This document shows positions 1 through 15,761 of a stretch of DNA of 64,000 nt, in pieces. The notes beneath the pieces are model-generated. The model ran no database searches and was not told the origin of the DNA. It saw only the letters and a list, made by a program, of their open reading frames with translations. This DNA comes from Marsupella aquatica (lineage: Eukaryota > Plantae > Marchantiophyta). How positions within the stretch are numbered: the stretch's first letter is position 1; each line of letters opens with the position of its first letter. The stretch spans positions 29,580,932 to 29,644,931 of the forward strand of contig OZ316892.1 in assembly GCA_973895155.1 (NCBI GenBank). The letters are read 5' to 3'. The position numbers and the translations under genes are program-made.

Positions 1-1098
1 GAGCGAGTGCAGCTTGGTTGCCTGCTCCTCGTCTAGTTCATCAATAAATTCGGCTAAGAAATGAGGGTCAACGTCAAGAGGCGGAGCTTCCTGAAGGGCA
101 CACGGAATTCCTTTCGATTTCAAAATCTCAATATCCTCCTTGACCAACGGCATTGTCCTGGCATCCACGGTCATAGCTACAAACATCGTAGGAGGATATT
201 CCCCAGGAACAGCACTTTCGAAGGCCTCACGACGGCCTGGGCTTATCATGACAACGATCGAGTGAAACGTGACCTACATATCAGCAATCATCCAGTGAGA
301 AGTGAAATTTGTATGACGTACACACATTATGGTGAATTACCCATCACACTCTGGCAAATATTCCTTGAAACAGCATGTATGGCACTCGAGTCATTCAAAG
401 AAGCAGCTAAAGAGCCATGAACTGTTGCCTGCTGGCCGTGGAACAATCAATCTGGTTAAACAATAGCTTGGAATATGCCATGCAGACATTCAGTCAACCA
501 CTTCCGGAGTCAAAGCATGGTGCCACGGTCCTGGGAATGTAACAAGCGTCCGACAAAGAAACCTACGGAACTGCAACCAAGGCAATTGACTATTCAAGTA
601 GCTATAAAGGGCTCATGAACGTGTGCCGCTTCGCCATGGAACCAAAGTTCGTTTCATAACTAGTAAACCGTTCCCGAAATTCTGTACAGAAGAGAGCGTT
701 AGACTTACCACAGTTGCCAGAGAGGACATAAAAGTTCCTCCACTAGATGATCCCAAACCGGACAGGGGCAAATCTTGCAATCCATGCTCACTAGTCCACT
801 CTTTCAATATCTTTTCAAAATTTTCGGAATCCACAGTTGGGAGAGGCCAACTTCGCCATCCGACGTCGACACTTTTGCCAGCAATCACTGCAAATCCCCG
901 CTCCAGCGCATCTTTGGTCAACACCTTGTGTTCTGGAGTTCCTGTGCATTTTGGAGCATTTGGGTGTGGTGGCCAGAAGCTAAAGGGAGTGCCACCTGCG
1001 CTGTGGGCGATGAAAAGAACTGCCTTCGGCTTGGGAGGAATCTGCCACACCACATCAACGCCTTCCCGAACCTCGTGCATAGGGTTGAATTCTACCAT
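1..1098 (-). CDS. Plant alpha/beta-hydrolase family protein, paralog 1 (3' part runs off the window). Exons 1098-709 and 273-<1
   Basis: Exon 1 MVEFNPMHEV...SSLATV ends at a GTAAGT donor (708) and contains a nucleophile elbow LGSSSGG. Exon 2 follows the tgtag acceptor and reads VTFHSIVVMISPGRREAFESAVPGEYPPTMFVAM...ATKLHSL, colinear with exon 2 of the paralog at 28641. Confidence 0.85.
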
Positions 1099-1429
1099 CC
1101 TGATCCGTCACCGGTATTAGCTTAATAGCTCAGCCAAGCTACTTCAGAAAGCCTTGCAAAATTTACAAAAATTGAATCACTAGCAACTCGGTGTATGACA
1201 CAAACAACTTGTAGCATGAAATCACATTGCCACAAAATCACCTAAATCGTTGACAAGCGAACTGAGAGCGTGAAACTACGGGAAGTATTAGTACTCGCAA
1301 AAACTGAGCTCAATTGACAATCCGTGTGCGCTAGGGCAGGAACCAAATCTGCTTGAACTCAGAAACTGCGGAATACGCTCATGAACTAGACAATACCTGG
1401 AAGAATAAATGAAATGCAATTCACGTTGA

Positions 1430-1456
1430 AGCTCAGCTCAGCTCAGCTCAGCTCAG
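1430..1456. repeat. (GCTCA)n microsatellite upstream of hydrolase paralog 1
   Basis: gctcagctcagctcagctcagctcag read directly. Confidence 0.8.
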
Positions 1457-2624
1457 AGTGAAGAAAGATGCAAGCTTCCAATGTACTTATAGGTAGCCTA
1501 GCTCAATAAAGCTGCATTCATAATTGTCCTGACTGGTGCCAAATTAACTGACTGAACAATTGGCAATCATGATTCAGCTTCAAGTACCAAGCCAAAGAAG
1601 AACAAATAGTCTCGTAGTGTAGAACAGAGATTGCATTTGAAGGTAGTGCCAAATCATCCTCTTAAGTTCCAAACTTTGCTGCAAAGCCTGCGCATGGAGA
1701 ACACGTGTTCGAGTCTGATTGGACCCCATCTTTGGTGCACTTCTCACACAGAAATCAACGATCGGTCTGAAGTAACGAACTCTGAACTTCAAACAGGACT
1801 TCCACACTGCTGACTCATAACTTTATTGCCAAGAAACAGTACCGACACGAGACCCCCCAAAATGGATAACAACACGTGGAGATCGTAGAAGCAACTGTGT
1901 GTGGCTGTCTGGGAACTGATTTGCAAGATTAATTACTAGCTCCAGTGTCACTGCCTCTCTGCAATAAGAACAAGTACTACCCACCGACTTCCCAAGCCAA
2001 ATCGTGTAACAAACAATGGTGGCACTTTGGTGGCCTCCCATTGATGGGCTCTGTCAGGGTTCTTTGGGTGTGGTATTGTGTCTCCAGTTGGGAGTCTTTT
2101 GTCTTTTGACCTTCCCTGTCTTTTGACCATAAATCTATAATGTCAAATTTAATGCTCTCTAGTTCTCTATCCTGCCTGTCCCAGTCCCTTATGAGTGCTG
2201 CCCGTTCAGGCCCAATCCACTTTGGTTTGGGTCCTGGCATCAATTTCAGAATACTTTGTGTTCTGGCACCCTTCACTTTTTGTTGCTCTGGCTCTGTCAA
2301 TGGAAGCTTCAACTATGTACCTAGTGCAATGTGAAGGGTGAACTTAAGACTTTTTACAAATTGATAAACAAACTTCAGCTGTAGATTTTCACTGTCAGAC
2401 CAACCATTGTGACTCATGTCAATGAACCATGAGTTTGCCATAACATATTAAACTAACTGAAGATTCTCTCACTTAGGCAAAATTGGGCTTTGCTTGAACA
2501 CTTAGACTTTGTTAGTCAAGCATTCATGGTTGCTTGGATTGGTCATGCTTGAAATTAGGCAGGGCTAAGTCACCCCGTTCTTCTTCATTTGGCTTTGTTT
2601 GGTGTCTATTGTGATGTACTTAAT

Positions 2625-3200
2625 GCTAGGCATTTACTCTTTAGGTCTAGAGTAACTACTATGTAACCGCAATTAGTCCAACCATAGTCAAGTGCTTCGT
2701 TACAGTGAGATGTGCGACAACTACTTACAATGGCAAAACTTAGTTTGTGAATGGAACTCAGGCTCATTGTTAGGGAACCCTAGTAGGGAGATATGAAGAG
2801 CTTAGTCTCTGAGCCTTGGTATGGCTTAAAGTTATCAGAGAAATGGGATTGTCACATGGGAATGTGAATCCACCTCCATTGTGATAGTCATAGTGTTTTG
2901 CATCTTGTTATGAACCAGGTGATGGATAGTAGTGTGAAACACATTGATGTCAGGTATCACTTTATTAGACAAATTATGTTTGATATAGGATATTTAAGTT
3001 AGTCAAGATTGACAGTAAACTCAATCAAGCTAATGCCCTTACCAAAGTGATTATTTTATAGAGTTTTTATAGACATCGTGCCACAATGTTGCAGGTTATG
3101 CAATTGCAACACACAAGCAGAATAACTTAGCATCTTGAAACCTTTGATATATGCTCTTATTCATTCCTTTACAAGCTACGGCTTAGTTCTGGGTTGCTCT
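2625..3200 (+). mobile_element. Decayed Ty1/Copia fragment (LTR-like start plus RNase H remnant), related to the Copia at 33572-50794
   Basis: 2820-2970 translates, with frameshifts, to ...HCDSHSVLHLVMNQVMDSSVKHIDVRYHFIRQ (Copia RNase H, KHIDVRYHF). 2625-2690 resembles the reverse complement of the Copia LTR end (ttaggtctagagt...). Confidence 0.75.
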
Positions 3201-5819
3201 GATTTGAAAGTAAACCTCACATAGGTTTTTGTCCAAACTTCTCGCTGAATAATTATATAGGTAGCAACTATTATGATTAATTGGGATGTCATATATAGTG
3301 GTCATGTGATTGCTGCACAAGTATCGTCATTATAGCCAGCCATGTCGTGTGTAGTCATGTTATAGACTTTGCGGAATTAAGTGTAGTTCAGGTACATACT
3401 TGTTGGTGCAACGATGTTGTCATATTGGCTGATGTTGTTGTTGTTGTTGTGAAAGTAATGTTGTTGGGAAGGCCAAGGCGGCCCAAGATAGGTAAGAATG
3501 TCTGAGGCATAAAGCAGGTGGTTGCATGATGCTACATGGAGAGAGTCAGAAGATTTTTGCTTTTTTGGCCTTTCTATTTGCTTCCCTTTCACCATGCCCT
3601 CCCTTTCTTTCCTCTCGCTCTCCCTCCCTTGCCCTCCCAGTGCCTCCAACCCTCCCGTCCCACCCCCCTTTTACTACCCTCCAGCACCATTAAAAAGGAG
3701 AAAAAACTAGGAAGAAACTTAAGATAAACTAAACTTCCAAAAATGAAAGTTCCAGTCCTAAGAGAAAAAGCCAATATCTTTTGTCATGTCAAACTACCTC
3801 CCTTTTACTCACTCCATGCCTAAAATCTAGCCTGAATCTCAACTCAATTTCTCTTCCTTTAATGCTCCATGCCAAAAAGTACTCTAGGCACTAGTTATAG
3901 CTAGTATCGTCATGACTATACTCTAGCACATGTCTTGTACTTTGTATTCTACTGCAAACACAATCTTTTGCACCACTTTTATACACTCCAAGTGTCTCAG
4001 AAAACCCTCTTCAACATTTGATAGAAGAGTACAATTTCCTCCCTTTTCAAGTTTTTAACTCGACAATGGGTGAGATTTGGCAAAATCCCATATTATAGTA
4101 GCTGATTAATGCCCACAAGAAGTCTGCAGTTTCCTCTCTGAATAATTCCTGTCAGGATTTAGAACCTCAGACAAGTTTCCTTTTAGTGCAGCCAGCCCAT
4201 GTTATGGCTAATTTTTCCCAGTAGAAAATACCTAGCTTGGGTACCAATTCAGGTTTGTCCAGACTACTGCAAAATAATGTACAGTGTACTCCTGGCATTG
4301 GCTAAATTTTGCCTTGAAAGATTTCATCAAATGATTCCATTAATTGAATTTCTAAAATAAAGGTCTCCTTTTCTTTCTGTAGTGAAGGTGTGGTGTCTTC
4401 AGTTTGTCTCCATTCCGGTGCTCATCAACTTTCTGGTGTTTGTCCATGGATTGATTGTCTTGGATTGATATTGTCCAGCAGCTCTCTTTGAACCTAGGCA
4501 ACCAGTCAGCGGGACCTGTAGCTTGTTGGGTTCAATTATAATCAGGCAATCAGATGACACAACTAGTCCACTCTTCTTGGTTTGGACGTCCTTTGGTTGG
4601 CGAGCTAGTAAACGTCCAACCCTGTGTTAAATCTACATCAAAATAATTCATGTTGCCCGAATTTCTTGGGGCCCTGTACACTGCTTGTCCCAATCCCCGA
4701 TGCATGCTGCGCGCCCCCTCCAGCCCGATTGTTCTGCACCAACTTTGGGTTTGTTTTCTAGTACCCTTCACTTTTCATCACTCCGGTTTTGTTGATGTAA
4801 GCTTCAACCTTGGTACCACCTGCAATGTGAAAGGTGAACTTAAGAGTCTTCACAAATTGATAAACAAACTTGAAGTTTAGAGTTTCACTATTAGAGCAAC
4901 AATTGCAACTCAAGTTGGGGAACCATGGGTTTGCCATAACATATTAAACCAACTGATGATCTTTTAGGCAAAGTATAGGGCTTTGCTTGAACACTTAGAC
5001 TCTGTTAGCCAAGCAGTCATATATGGCTGCTTGGATCCATCAAATTTGAAATTACGCAGGGTTTAGCTACACTGGTCTTCTTCATTGACATTGGCTGGTT
5101 ATTGCAAGGTGACTCGGTCAATAGTACACAAGCCTCTACCCTTGCCTTTGCCTTGCATGTACTCATATCAATGACAAAGTGTTTGACTTCTTTCAACATC
5201 AAAGCTATCATTGGTAGTCTTGGTTGATGAACTGCCAAATGCTCCTGCAAATGCTTCTTCCTTGCAGAGTCTTGGTCAGTGCTCTGGCAACAATTTGTTC
5301 CAGCAGTCATAGTTGCTTTGCTAGCATAGTGTAACTAAAGTGTTCCTGAAGAGTCTGCTTGGTACTTTGGTTAAGAGTCATGGTGGACAAAGTCTTTGTT
5401 TATGGTCTGGCAAACTCATGGTCCCCCCCCTTGGAGGTCTCACTTATGCAAAAACAAAATATCAGGTGTCACAAAGCATGTGGTCATTTAATTAAAAAAA
5501 ACAAAAGAAAAACACAGAAAACAAAGCATTCAGTCATTTAATTTAGTCTAAGGGAAGACTTGAATTTTTTTTGTGATAGAACACTAGGATCTTAAGAAAC
5601 TGTTTCTAGCCATGAATATAATATCCATATTAATCAGTAGTTTACCATTTTTCCTTAAGTTTGCAAGTGTTCAAGCCTTTGAAACTTTACACATGAAGGG
5701 GCCCTTCTACAGTGAGACCCTTGAGTCCCAACAAAAGTTACTACGTACTATTGCTCTGACTGGCAATGAAACTCTTAAGCTCATTCAACTTTGTTTATCA
5801 ATTTGTAAATACTCTTAAG

Positions 5820-6404
5820 TAGGGGGTGAGGGAATGGATATGGGGCCAAAACTGTAAACTTGCAGTATATGTCTACAGTAGATATCAGGTGAGTGTAAGA
5901 GACAATAATTAGAAATGGAAATTAAAGCATGATTGGGGCAAGAGGTCATTATGGGCAAGAGATATGGGCAAGCAAAATTAAGAATAGACTAAGTGTGTGT
6001 TACATGTATATTTCCTTTACTACCAACGGCTGCAACTAACAATGGTATGAAGGGAGACTTAGTCAAATGCTCAAAAACATCATTCATTTTTCAAACATGT
6101 CATTCATCATCATGGATGGATGCAACTAAGAGTTTGAATGAAAGATGAATGCTGGCGACCTAATGATGTATGTATGCAAGTCTCCCTTTACACCACTCTT
6201 AGTTGCAACCATTGGTAGTAATGCAACTTACTATCCATGGAAAAGCCCATGATTACCTTTGAGCCCATATATCTTAGTTGCCCATAACTATATCTTGTTG
6301 CTTTTCCATCCATGGTTATCTTCCATATACTCACCTAATATCTACATGCTGGCAAATACTGCCAGTTTAAAGTTTTGGCCCCATACCCATACCCTCACCC
6401 AGTA
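5820..6404. mobile_element. Foldback/MITE-like element with long imperfect inverted repeats
   Basis: ggtgagggaatggatatggggccaaaact...gtagatatcaggtgagt (5825-5895) pairs with actcacctaatatctac...agttttggccccatacccataccctcacc (6329-6399). Inner arms 6016-6061 and 6178-6221 also pair. Confidence 0.65.
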
Positions 6405-6847
6405 ACTAACTGGCTGACCAAGTTCACCCCAGACCTGACCAACCATACCGTTCCTCTTTACCAATCAGGGCAATTTCGAAGGGGTTGGGGCTATCAGTAC
6501 CATGCAAGCAAACAGGTAAATTTTTCTTGTTGAATTATTGCAAGGAAAAGAAATCACTCGCATTGGCTTGCTCTTTTATCACACAAGGAAAACCCACTAA
6601 ATGTACACCACTTTGCTAGCAAGCTGAGTCTCTGGTAAGCCAAACTTGTGTCCTTGGACATATTTCAGATAGTCTCAATGTTTGCTCCTTTTTTGGCTAC
6701 CAAACTTGCTTGCCATGTGGAGTTCTACACATGCATTACAAGTCCAATTTCAGAACCAGAAGTGAGTTAGTGTTTCCTTTCTCTGGGAATGCTCAGGCCT
6801 CTACGGCAAAGTGGCTTGCAAATGGTCCAAAGAGATTTTTAAAAACT

Positions 6848-7285
6848 TTTAGTGATTATTGCCAAAATCAACCGCCAAATCTGAAGGTATATAGATCTAA
6901 TGGTCATCATATGTCCGTACAAACTTTTTGCTAGGAGAAGGCTTCCCACTGGCCATAACTACAAAAGGAAATTGGGGGTGACTTCGTTAGCAACCTTCTC
7001 GGCTGGCGAAAATGACTGTTTGCTCAGATCTTACAAAACCTTTGCCCTGATCTAACTAAATATTTGCACATTTGCTACCACGTTTAGTGATTATTTGCCA
7101 AAATCAACAGCCCAGATCCATCTGTACATAGATCTAACCCGCATAATATGTCTGTATAAACTTTTACTAAGCCAAGGATCTTAATTAGGGCGTTAAACCC
7201 AAAATACAAAACGAAAACCTGGGGGTGACCTCCTTAGCAATAACCTTCTAGGCTGGCAAAAATTACACTTTGCCTAGATCTTACC
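6848..7285. repeat. Two-copy diverged tandem duplication of about 235 bp
   Basis: tttagtgattattgccaaaatcaac...ggggtgac...ggctggc...agatcttac occurs at about 6848-7035 and again at about 7083-7285. Confidence 0.7.
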
Positions 7286-9449
7286 CCGGATCTTACTATA
7301 AAAGCACCAACTGAAACCTACTCTTAGTAACTCTAGGTCTAGGGCTAGAGTGAAGACTCTAAACCATACTCCCAATACAGACAATACTGATAACGAGGCT
7401 TAATAAGGTCAAAATTTCAAATGAGGATGGACAAAATTGACATTGACTCTATATAAAGACAAAACTGAAATGAGGATAGACAAAAAACAACGACAAGACA
7501 AAAAAAAACAAGGATAAGGCAAAGAGTAACAAAAAAATAGCATATACATTTACATTTTATTGTGCAAAATTTTCCTTCATATCTATTTAAGTCATTCTAT
7601 TTACGTCATTGGGCTAGTCTTACAAAGCCTCAAGGGCTGGGATGAGCTGAGCAGCGGATGAGGGTTTAGGGTGTTAAGGTTTAGTCTTTTGTTGGGTCCC
7701 CAGAAAAAGAGGGGAGGAAGGAAAAAAAAAGGTTTCCAGATCGGAGAGCAGGGGGCGGGGATTGATGAGAATGTGCGACAAGAGTCTGATGGAGTGCACC
7801 GTCAATTACGCCAAGATGCGGGGTGAATGTATGCACACACCACCCTTTTCAATTCGATGAAGCTTCGCCAAACAAATGCGGAGAAATTGGGACTCCTCGG
7901 ATATGCCTCCAGCCTCCTGCTGTTAGTTTGCTTGCTAATGCTGCAGTGCTGGGGCTCGTGATTGACGACGACTGGCGACGACGCATGACGACTGATCGAG
8001 ACGCGGCACGCTGCCGTTGATCAGAGGATGACTTCGACCTCATCCGTGGCGCAGAATTGGAGACGATCGGAATGAGCTCCGGCAGACACCCTAGTTTGCC
8101 TTTTCTGATTTCGTATCCGGCCAAAATCTGTTTGCTCATTCATGACGCCAGTTCCGGTGAAGTTATTAATTATTCAGAGCAGTAGAGTAGCAGGAGAGAT
8201 AATCGAGACGATGAGACTGATGATGGGCAGCAGATAAAGTCCGCGGGCCTGGCGTGAGGCATTGGTTCGTCTCGGCCAAATCGAATTGCTGTCCCTGAGT
8301 CTAGAATAGTGTTCCCAGGACTAGGCTAGGATTTCCGTTTGGTGTCGACAAAATTGAGGCAAACAACAAAGTCAATCTTGCCCGTCCGTATTAGAAAGGA
8401 ATGATCCAGATCCAAGAAGACTCGCCGAGTGGAGTTTTGTTCGGGGGAAATGCTCACCAAGGAGCTGAGTTAAGATTTCCAGAAAGGAGGATCCCAAAAC
8501 CATTTTCAGCTGCAGACCAGACAATCTGCTGTTTCAACCGCCCAAGAGTGTCTTCTGGTGGTGCCGTGCAGATGGAAGGAAGCTTTCTGAACTGGATTTG
8601 TGAAGGAATTTGCACCATTGGCAGAGCTCCACAGGGGCAGGGCACTCTGGCAATTCTAGCAACTGCAGGTATTGCTCCCCTAAGAGGTGATCACGGACGG
8701 AGTGAGTGATGCCGGCCGAGCGCAGTGAGAGTTGCCTGAGGGGTGACTGCTTCTCGTAGGGATAATTATTGGGAATTCTCACGAAAGGGATGGCATTAGT
8801 ACTCATTTCTCTCCGAAAAGGTGGAGAATTGGCACAAAAACTGTGATAGTTGACATAAATTTTGATCTGCCAGAACGGTTGGTTCGTTTAGTTGGCAGGG
8901 CCAAGTATTGGGAAAGAAATGGATGACTTGGGGTGTTACCCTAAATTGTGGGCTTTCACTGAGTGGGAAAGAAATCCAGAAGAACTGAGGTGAAGCGGAG
9001 TACTGATGATGCATAGACGTGATGATTATCGTGTTGGGTTTGAAGTAAGAGGTGTGATTTTCTAGTGCTTTGGAACTCAACAAGGCGCAACACTGGCAGG
9101 AGGAGAGCTGAGGTGGGAGGTGTGGATTCGCATTGATCATCAGGACAAAGTGAAGGAAGGTGACTCTTTCAGCGTAACGAACATGCTCCAGTGATCTCTT
9201 ACGGAGGTACAGTGTTTGGAAACCACATAGCATGTAAGATTAGGGGAATGCTCAGCGAAAGAATCCACTTTCCACTTCCCGGTCTCTCACTGGAAAATGA
9301 ATCTAAGGGTCGATTGAGGGAAAGAGGGGAGGACGGAGGGAGAGAAGGCGACGAGCAGATAGAGGCTCAATTGGAGCGTCGCGATTATTAGTGCCCAACT
9401 GCGTGTTGAGAAAGTGAAGATATTTCACATAATTCTGACGGCCTGCTGA

Positions 9450-13010
<3,561 letters not shown>

Positions 13011-15032
13011 GACAATTCAGCACACGCAGACATCCATACCATTACAGGGGTCATGTTAGATTCACTTTCAGAATTTAACCTGTTGAGAACAGATGTGATG
13101 TACATAATATTCTTTCTCACATTTTCAACGGCTCGTCAAATAGATTTTTCATTGACTCGGATATCTAATTGCAGTTAATGGACATATTCTAGATAAGAAA
13201 CAAAAGATAAACAAGTTTTCTTTCTTTGAACAAAGTCGGGTCATTATGTTTCGTACCATTTGCGTAGCATGATGTTGGTGATCAGCTCGAGCACCGGTAA
13301 ATTTACTGGTACTCGTATGTTGTGATTCAGAAGAAGTCGTCATCCTCTTCCATGTGAGTTCTATTTACTGTCAGGTCTTCCATGTGAGTTTTACTGTGAG
13401 GTCTTCCTGACCAATTTGCAATACCTGAATTTTCGAGAAATGTCAAGGGATGGGAGTCTGAGCTGCATGTGAATTATCAGTTTTAGAAGGCAAGCCAGTA
13501 TTGCTGTCTAGTGCCGCCCGAGATCGGTGAGATTAAGGTTCACAAGTTTCTCAGATTCATTAACAGTCTTACGACCAGTCTGCTTTCCTGCAGAGGGTCT
13601 CTCCTGATATGCCTAATCTCGATGTCTCACCTCACTTTACTAATGGTCGTCTCCTGATGTACCACTTTTCCAAATCAAAGAGCACATTAATCGTATGGGG
13701 GACAAATGCAAGTTGTTGGTTGGATTGTTATCTTTCTGAGTGGACATGGACTAGCTCTAGCATGCGACCGCACATAGGGACAAATCTCACTCTAGTTGTG
13801 TTCTTAAGCCCCTAGGGTGTTGTGGCAAATGAACTCTGAGAAGTCCGTAGTCGTTGAAAAGGATAAGGAAGATTATGCCCAAGCGGACTTTCATCTCGTG
13901 CCTCAAATCAAGAGCGCCTCTTCAAGCCACCTGCTGTCCATACGAAATCCACTAAATCTTTACGTTTACTTGAGGCCTCCAAGATTTCATGGTGAATAGT
14001 ACACAAACCCTTGACCACGAAATCATCGATGTCTCTCCTGATGTGCCTAAATGATTTGCGCTAACTGTGAACACCATCAACTAAGCTTTCCTGCCGTAGT
14101 CATTTAATTGAAGACCAAGGGTTTTTGCAGGTCTTCTAAGAGCTCAACTGAATTAAAGTTCAAGAGATTTAGTATACTCTCGCGGTATGCATTGTGGAGT
14201 GTACTATTCACCAGCTGAGCCAGAGTGCAAGAAAGTTCAACGGACCCATAATTGCATATTGTCATATTGTATCACACTGGATCGCCCTCCAACTTCAATA
14301 GTCCACAATCAACCAGGCAAACCCTTCACGTACTTGTAGATGAATTTGTTAGTAAAAATATTTATTTGTTTCTCTATGGCAAAGAGTAAGCCCAAAACTA
14401 ATCTTGTTTGCAATCACTGACTTTAATTTTACGGTCATTTGGCTGTTGAGTAGATACTTTTAGCCTGCTTAGAACGTCGAATGATCAGATTGGTGTCTTT
14501 TTTGCACCCACGTATTGCCTTGCAGCAACAAAAGAGAATTAAAAAGAATAATAAACAACCGATTTTGTGAACGTTACCAGAGTATTTCATTCACCGACCT
14601 TTACTCACCAACTGCGCGTAACCACCAGAGTCGTGAATAATGCTGTACAAAAATCCGTTTCCATTGTTTGGGCTGGCTTATATTGTACATTCTTTTATAT
14701 ACTACTGCCACTTTTGGAGTTGTTTGCTGCCTTGTTCGTTTACTCAAAGCATCTCCGGGTTCTCTGTTCCCTCTCGAACAACGAATTGCCAGACGAAAGC
14801 CTCGGTCATCTCGTCAGCTACGGTGGTACCCATTGGTGTATGATTCGAGGCCCCACTCGATCTTGTTTGTGCCAAGCCGAGTCGTCTCGCCCTCCCTTCC
14901 CTGCCCCTCCCTTCCCTTCCCTTCAGTAGTCCAGTCTCTTCTTGCAATCAGCACGAGCAGAGTGCCACCCACCTTCGGCAATCCATCCTTTCTTTGAAGT
15001 ATCAGCAGCACCAAAGCTCAGGAAGAGCAGAT

Positions 15033-15761
15033 ATGGCGTCCATGGCAATGGCTGCCACCCGCTCTCTCATCTGTTCGGGCTCCACTAGGGCTTCCTCCAC
15101 CGCACCCACCAAACTCTTCCAGCTCTCTTCTTCGTCGAGCCTGGGGGCAGCTCCATTTCTTGGCCAAGGGGTGCGAAATCTGTCTCGTGGCTTGCCACAG
15201 GTGAGGAGCAACAATCTTGCAGTATCCAAGGCTTCGAAAAGATCGTTCTCCTTGGCCGTGGAGGCCTCAGCTCCCATCCAGGTTGGAGATAAGCTACCCG
15301 AGGGGGAGCTTGCGTATATGGACAAGGACAGCAATGTCCAGACTGTGAAGGTTTCGGAGCTCACGAGTGGCAAGAAGGTGGTTTTCTTTGCAGTTCCTGG
15401 AGCGTTCACTCCCACCTGCTCTCAAAAGCACGTGCCGGGATTCGTGGCGTCCGCGGGCGAGCTGAAGGCCAAGGGCGTGGACACCATCGCCTGCGTGAGT
15501 GTGAACGATGTGTTCGTGATGAAGGCGTGGGGCGAGAGCCTCGGAGTCGGAGATGAGGTGCTGCTCCTCTGTGATGGCAATGTGACTTTCACCAAGGCGC
15601 TGGGAGTGGAATTCGACCTGAGTGATAAGCCCGTGGGCCTTAACGTTCGGTCGAGGCGGTACTCCATGTTGGTGGACGATGGGGTGGTTAAGCAGCTGAA
15701 TCTCGAGGAGGGTGGCGCGTTCTCGATCAGTGGCCCTGAGGAAATCCTCAAAGTTTTGTGA
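15033..15761 (+). CDS. PRXIIE: Type II peroxiredoxin, plastid (PrxIIE), intronless
   Basis: Ser/Ala-rich transit peptide from MASMAMAA, then [49 protein letters not shown]. Confidence 0.95.
   Translation: MASMAMAATRSLICSGSTRASSTAPTKLFQLSSSSSLGAAPFLGQGVRNLSRGLPQVRSNNLAVSKASKRSFSLAVEASAPIQVGDKLPEGELAYMDKDSNVQTVKVSELTSGKKVVFFAVPGAFTPTCSQKHVPGFVASAGELKAKGVDTIACVSVNDVFVMKAWGESLGVGDEVLLLCDGNVTFTKALGVEFDLSDKPVGLNVRSRRYSMLVDDGVVKQLNLEEGGAFSISGPEEILKVL

Noticed and set aside
8200-9300. Possible LINE or gene remnant upstream of MDAR4
   Set aside because: Only vague similarity; no diagnostic motif could be read in any frame
14994-15032. TTG-initiated extension of PRXIIE
   Set aside because: Bacterial-style start call; the ATG at 15033 begins a typical transit peptide
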